Positions 61,080-64,000 of a DNA stretch of 64,000 nucleotides are shown one piece after another (within the stretch, counting starts at the first letter, position 1; each line of letters begins with the position of its first letter). The notes beneath the pieces were generated by a model. The model was given only the letters and a program-made list of their open reading frames with translations. It did no database searches and was not told the DNA's origin. The position numbers and the translations under genes were made by a program. The DNA comes from Candidatus Binatia bacterium (GTDB taxonomy: Bacteria; Eisenbacteria; RBG-16-71-46; SZUA-252). Where the stretch lies: assembly GCA_035631035.1 (NCBI GenBank), contig DASQJL010000076.1, positions 13,482-77,481 of the forward strand, read 5' to 3'.

Positions 61080-62159
61080 ATGGTTTCGCTTCGGCAACTG
61101 CTGGATGAGATGACGAAGATGCGGGCGTCGGACCTGCACATTTCGGCCGGCGTGCCGCCGCAGGTGCGCGTGGACGGATCGATCGTTCCGATGTCGCACC
61201 CGCCGCTCACCCCGCAGATGACGCAGCAGCTCGCCTACAGCGTGCTCACGGAGGAGCAGCGCAAGCGCTTCGAGACGACCAAGGAGCTGGATCTCTCGTT
61301 CGGCGTGCCCGGACTCTCGCGCTTCCGCGCCAACGTCTACCTGCAGCGCGGCGTGACCTCCATGGCCATCCGCCAGATCCCCTACGAGATCCTGACGTTC
61401 GAGCAGCTGGGGCTCTCCAAGACGGTCCGGGACTTCACGACGAAGCAGAAGGGGCTGGTGCTGGTTACCGGACCGACCGGGAGCGGCAAGTCCACGACCC
61501 TGGCCGCCATGATCGACCTGATCAACAGCAACCGGGCCGGGCACATCATCACGATCGAGGACCCGATCGAGTACGTCCATCACCACAAGAAGTGCATCGT
61601 GCACCAGCGCGAGATCAACTCCGACACGACCACCTTCGTCACGGCCCTGAAGTACGTGCTGCGCCAGGACCCGGACGTGATCCTGATCGGAGAAATGCGC
61701 GACCTCGAGACGATCGCCGCGGCGCTCACCATCGCCGAGACGGGGCACCTGGTGCTCGCGACGCTCCACACCAATTCGGCGTACGAGTCGATCAACCGCA
61801 TCGTGGACGCGTTCCCGTCGAACCAGCAGCAGCAGATCCTCTCGCAGCTCGCGTTCGTGCTCGAGGGCGTCATGACGCAGCAGCTCATTCCCCGGGCCAA
61901 GGGTCCGGGGCGCGTCATGGTCTCCGAGCTCCTCATCTGCACCCCCGCGGTCCGGGCCGTGATCCGGGAGCGGAAGATCCACCAGATCTACAGCCTGATG
62001 CAGGCGGGGACGAAGCACGGGATGCAGACGATGAACCAGGCGCTCTTCCAGGCCTACGTGAACAAGCTGATCTCCCTGGACGAGGCGCTCGGCCGGAGCA
62101 CCGACGTCAAGGAGCTTGAAGGGATGCTCGAGAAGGTCGGCGTCCACGTGACCGCCTAG
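61080..62159 (+). CDS. pilT: twitching-motility (pilus retraction) ATPase PilT
   Basis: Walker A GPTGSGKST, PilT-type C-terminal AVRAVIRE motif, 359 aa. Confidence 0.9.
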   Translation: MVSLRQLLDEMTKMRASDLHISAGVPPQVRVDGSIVPMSHPPLTPQMTQQLAYSVLTEEQRKRFETTKELDLSFGVPGLSRFRANVYLQRGVTSMAIRQIPYEILTFEQLGLSKTVRDFTTKQKGLVLVTGPTGSGKSTTLAAMIDLINSNRAGHIITIEDPIEYVHHHKKCIVHQREINSDTTTFVTALKYVLRQDPDVILIGEMRDLETIAAALTIAETGHLVLATLHTNSAYESINRIVDAFPSNQQQQILSQLAFVLEGVMTQQLIPRAKGPGRVMVSELLICTPAVRAVIRERKIHQIYSLMQAGTKHGMQTMNQALFQAYVNKLISLDEALGRSTDVKELEGMLEKVGVHVTA

Positions 62160-62187
62160 GCCGCCCGGGAACGAGGGGGAAGCCGCG

Positions 62188-63411
62188 ATGCCCGTTTACG
62201 TATGGAAAGGCCGGACCACCGGCGGGGAGATCCAGACCGGCGAGCTCACGCTCGACAGTCAGGAAGAGGCGCTCGCCGCGCTCCGGAAGAAGCGGATCAT
62301 CATCACGTCGGTCCGGGAGAAGAAGGGCGACGTCAAGCTCAGCCTTCCGAAGTTCGGGACCGGCGTGTCCACGCGCGACCTGGCCATCTTCACGCGCCAG
62401 TTCGCCACGATGATCAACGCGGGCCTTCCGCTGGTGCAGTGCCTGGACATCCTCTCGAAGCAGACGGAGAAGGAGAACTTCCGCGCCATCATCGCGCAGG
62501 TCATGCGCGAGGTGGAGGCCGGCAACACCCTGGCCGAGTCGCTCGCCAAGAAGGAGAACAACCGGGTCTTCGACGAGCTCTTCGTCAACATGGTCGAGGC
62601 CGGCGAGGCGGGCGGTATCCTGGACGACATCCTCCAGCGGCTGGCCACGTTCATCGAGAAGGCCGAGGCGCTGAAGCGGAAGATCCAGGGCGCCATGGTC
62701 TATCCCGCCGTGGTCATGACCGTGGCCATCCTGGCCACCGCCTTCATGCTCATCTTCATCATCCCCACGTTCGCCAAGATGTTCACCGGCTTCGGCGCGG
62801 AGCTTCCGCTTCCGACCAAGATCGTCATGGGGCTCTCGTCGTTCCTCCGCTCCTACTGGTGGGTGATGCTGCTCGGCATCGTGGGAACGTTCGTCGGCCT
62901 CCAGCGTTACTACCGGACGGAGCAGGGACACATCGCGATCGACCGGTTCCTGTTGAAGATCCCGGTGCTCGGAGACGTCATCCGGAAGGGCGCCGTGGCC
63001 CGCTTCACGCGCACGCTGGGCACCCTGATCTCCTCGGGCGTTCCGATTCTCACCGGGCTGGAGATCACGGCCCGCACGTCGGGCAACCGCGTGATCCAGG
63101 AAGCGATCATGGCGGCCCGGGCCAGCATCCGCGAAGGAGAGACGATCGCGGCGCCGCTCCGGGTCTCGAACGTCTTCCCGCCGATGGTCGTGCAGATGAT
63201 CTCGGTGGGTGAAGAGACGGGAGCCCTGGACGACATGCTCACGCGCATCGCCGACTTCTACGACGACGAGGTGGACACCGCCGTGGAGGCGCTGACCTCG
63301 CTGATCGAGCCGATCATGATCGTGTTCATGGGCAGCGTCGTGGGCGGCATGGTCATCGCCATGTACCTGCCGATGTTCAAGCTGATCAACGTGGTCGCGA
63401 GCGGGCACTAG
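62188..63411 (+). CDS. pilC: type IV pilus inner-membrane platform protein PilC (GspF family)
   Basis: Duplicated T2SSF domains (…FTRQFATMINAGLPLVQCL…, …FTRTLGTLISSGVPILTGL…), 407 aa. Confidence 0.9.
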   Translation: MPVYVWKGRTTGGEIQTGELTLDSQEEALAALRKKRIIITSVREKKGDVKLSLPKFGTGVSTRDLAIFTRQFATMINAGLPLVQCLDILSKQTEKENFRAIIAQVMREVEAGNTLAESLAKKENNRVFDELFVNMVEAGEAGGILDDILQRLATFIEKAEALKRKIQGAMVYPAVVMTVAILATAFMLIFIIPTFAKMFTGFGAELPLPTKIVMGLSSFLRSYWWVMLLGIVGTFVGLQRYYRTEQGHIAIDRFLLKIPVLGDVIRKGAVARFTRTLGTLISSGVPILTGLEITARTSGNRVIQEAIMAARASIREGETIAAPLRVSNVFPPMVVQMISVGEETGALDDMLTRIADFYDDEVDTAVEALTSLIEPIMIVFMGSVVGGMVIAMYLPMFKLINVVASGH

Positions 63412-63417
63412 GAACCC

Positions 63418-64000
63418 ATGGAGCTCACGCGCCCGCCGCTCGTGCCGGGGCCGGACGAGGCGCTGCGGCGCGAAGTCCGCGCCGTGATCGTCGGCCGGAT
63501 CGCGCTGATCACGCTGGTCACGGCCATGGCGGCCGCGTTCTCGGACCGGATCGCCGAGCCCGCCCAGAACGTGCCGCTGTCGTTCCTGGTGGCGCTCTCG
63601 GCCGGACTGGCGATCGCGTACCACCGGGCCGCGAAGAGCGGGGCGCCGCTCCGGTCGCTCCTGACGATGCAGCTGATCGTGGACGTGGCGGTGATCAGCT
63701 ACCTCCTGCTGTTCACGGGAGGCGCGTCGAGCCCGTTCGTGCCGCTCTATCTCCTGGCGCCGCTCCTGGGGGGCGTCTTCCTGAGCGTGCAGGGGGGGAT
63801 GCTCCTCGCGGTGGCGTCGGCGGTGGCGTACGCGGTGCTCTACGCGGCCGAGCGCGGGGGGATGCTCCCGCCCGTCTCGTACGGCCTGACGGAGCGGCTC
63901 AGCGAGTCGGCCCTGAAGCTCCGGCTGATCCTGTACCTGCCGCTCCTGTTCGTCGTGGGGGCGATCGGCGGCGCGCTGGGGCGAACCCTTCGCGAAGGAC
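63418..64000 (+). CDS. 5' part of a membrane sensor protein (PilS-like histidine-kinase N-terminal multi-TM domain); continues beyond the window
   Basis: ATG 7 nt after the pilC stop; 5-6 TM helices; kinase domain not reached. Not in the ORF track because it has no stop. Confidence 0.4.
   Translation, partial: MELTRPPLVPGPDEALRREVRAVIVGRIALITLVTAMAAAFSDRIAEPAQNVPLSFLVALSAGLAIAYHRAAKSGAPLRSLLTMQLIVDVAVISYLLLFTGGASSPFVPLYLLAPLLGGVFLSVQGGMLLAVASAVAYAVLYAAERGGMLPPVSYGLTERLSESALKLRLILYLPLLFVVGAIGGALGRTLREG

Overview
64 kb chromosomal segment at about 70% GC. Genes are densely packed and mostly on the + strand after 10 kb; no rRNA, tRNA, CRISPR array or transposase was recognised. Many of the very long ORFs in the six-frame track (e.g. 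1755-4091+, 18602-24193-, 25631-31921-, 36756-42725+ as a single ORF, 59037-62147-) are antisense or out-of-frame artefacts of GC-rich, stop-poor DNA and were not called. Supported content, in order:
- 1-16.8 kb: 3' fragment of a membrane protein; lipoprotein; Fe/Mn superoxide dismutase; an ~900-aa protein ending in a complete GreA-type module; EamA/DMT transporter; class III aminotransferase; DUF222-like orphan with decapeptide repeats; a bacterial homologue of eukaryotic cN-II cytosolic 5'-nucleotidase; left-handed beta-helix (LbH, hexapeptide-repeat) nucleotidyltransferase-like protein; rhomboid protease; korAB 2-oxoacid:ferredoxin oxidoreductase, divergent from nadA and a ferredoxin.
- 16.9-26.1 kb: zf-HC2 anti-sigma factor; class A PBP; dnaE; accA; small Trm112-like ORF.
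- 26.1-42.7 kb, a secretion / outer-membrane island: C25 (gingipain/PorU-like) peptidase with a T9SS C-terminal domain (CTD); PorV-like OM beta-barrel; M6 (immune inhibitor A-like) metalloprotease with FG-GAP repeats and a T9SS CTD; two paralogous secreted proteins sharing an LLPGAG..Y.G..RG…EG..W motif; NHL beta-propeller protein; a 1094-aa TamB-like or giant-barrel protein translationally coupled to a 3-POTRA Omp85 (TamA/BamA-like).
- 42.8-64 kb: ligA; DinG-family helicase; hutH-hutU-hutI-ftcD (the formiminotransferase route of histidine catabolism); TPR protein; PHP phosphoesterase; two hypothetical envelope proteins; comEA; pilB-pilT-pilC behind a sigma54-type promoter preceded by a tandem 12-mer array; start of a sensor-kinase-like membrane protein.
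High GC combined with T9SS-type CTDs suggests an FCB-superphylum lineage such as Gemmatimonadota (inference only).
Most worth follow-up: the 26-43 kb T9SS-linked island with its unknown secreted paralogs and the coupled TamB-like/Omp85 pair; the GreA-fusion protein; the cN-II-like nucleotidase.
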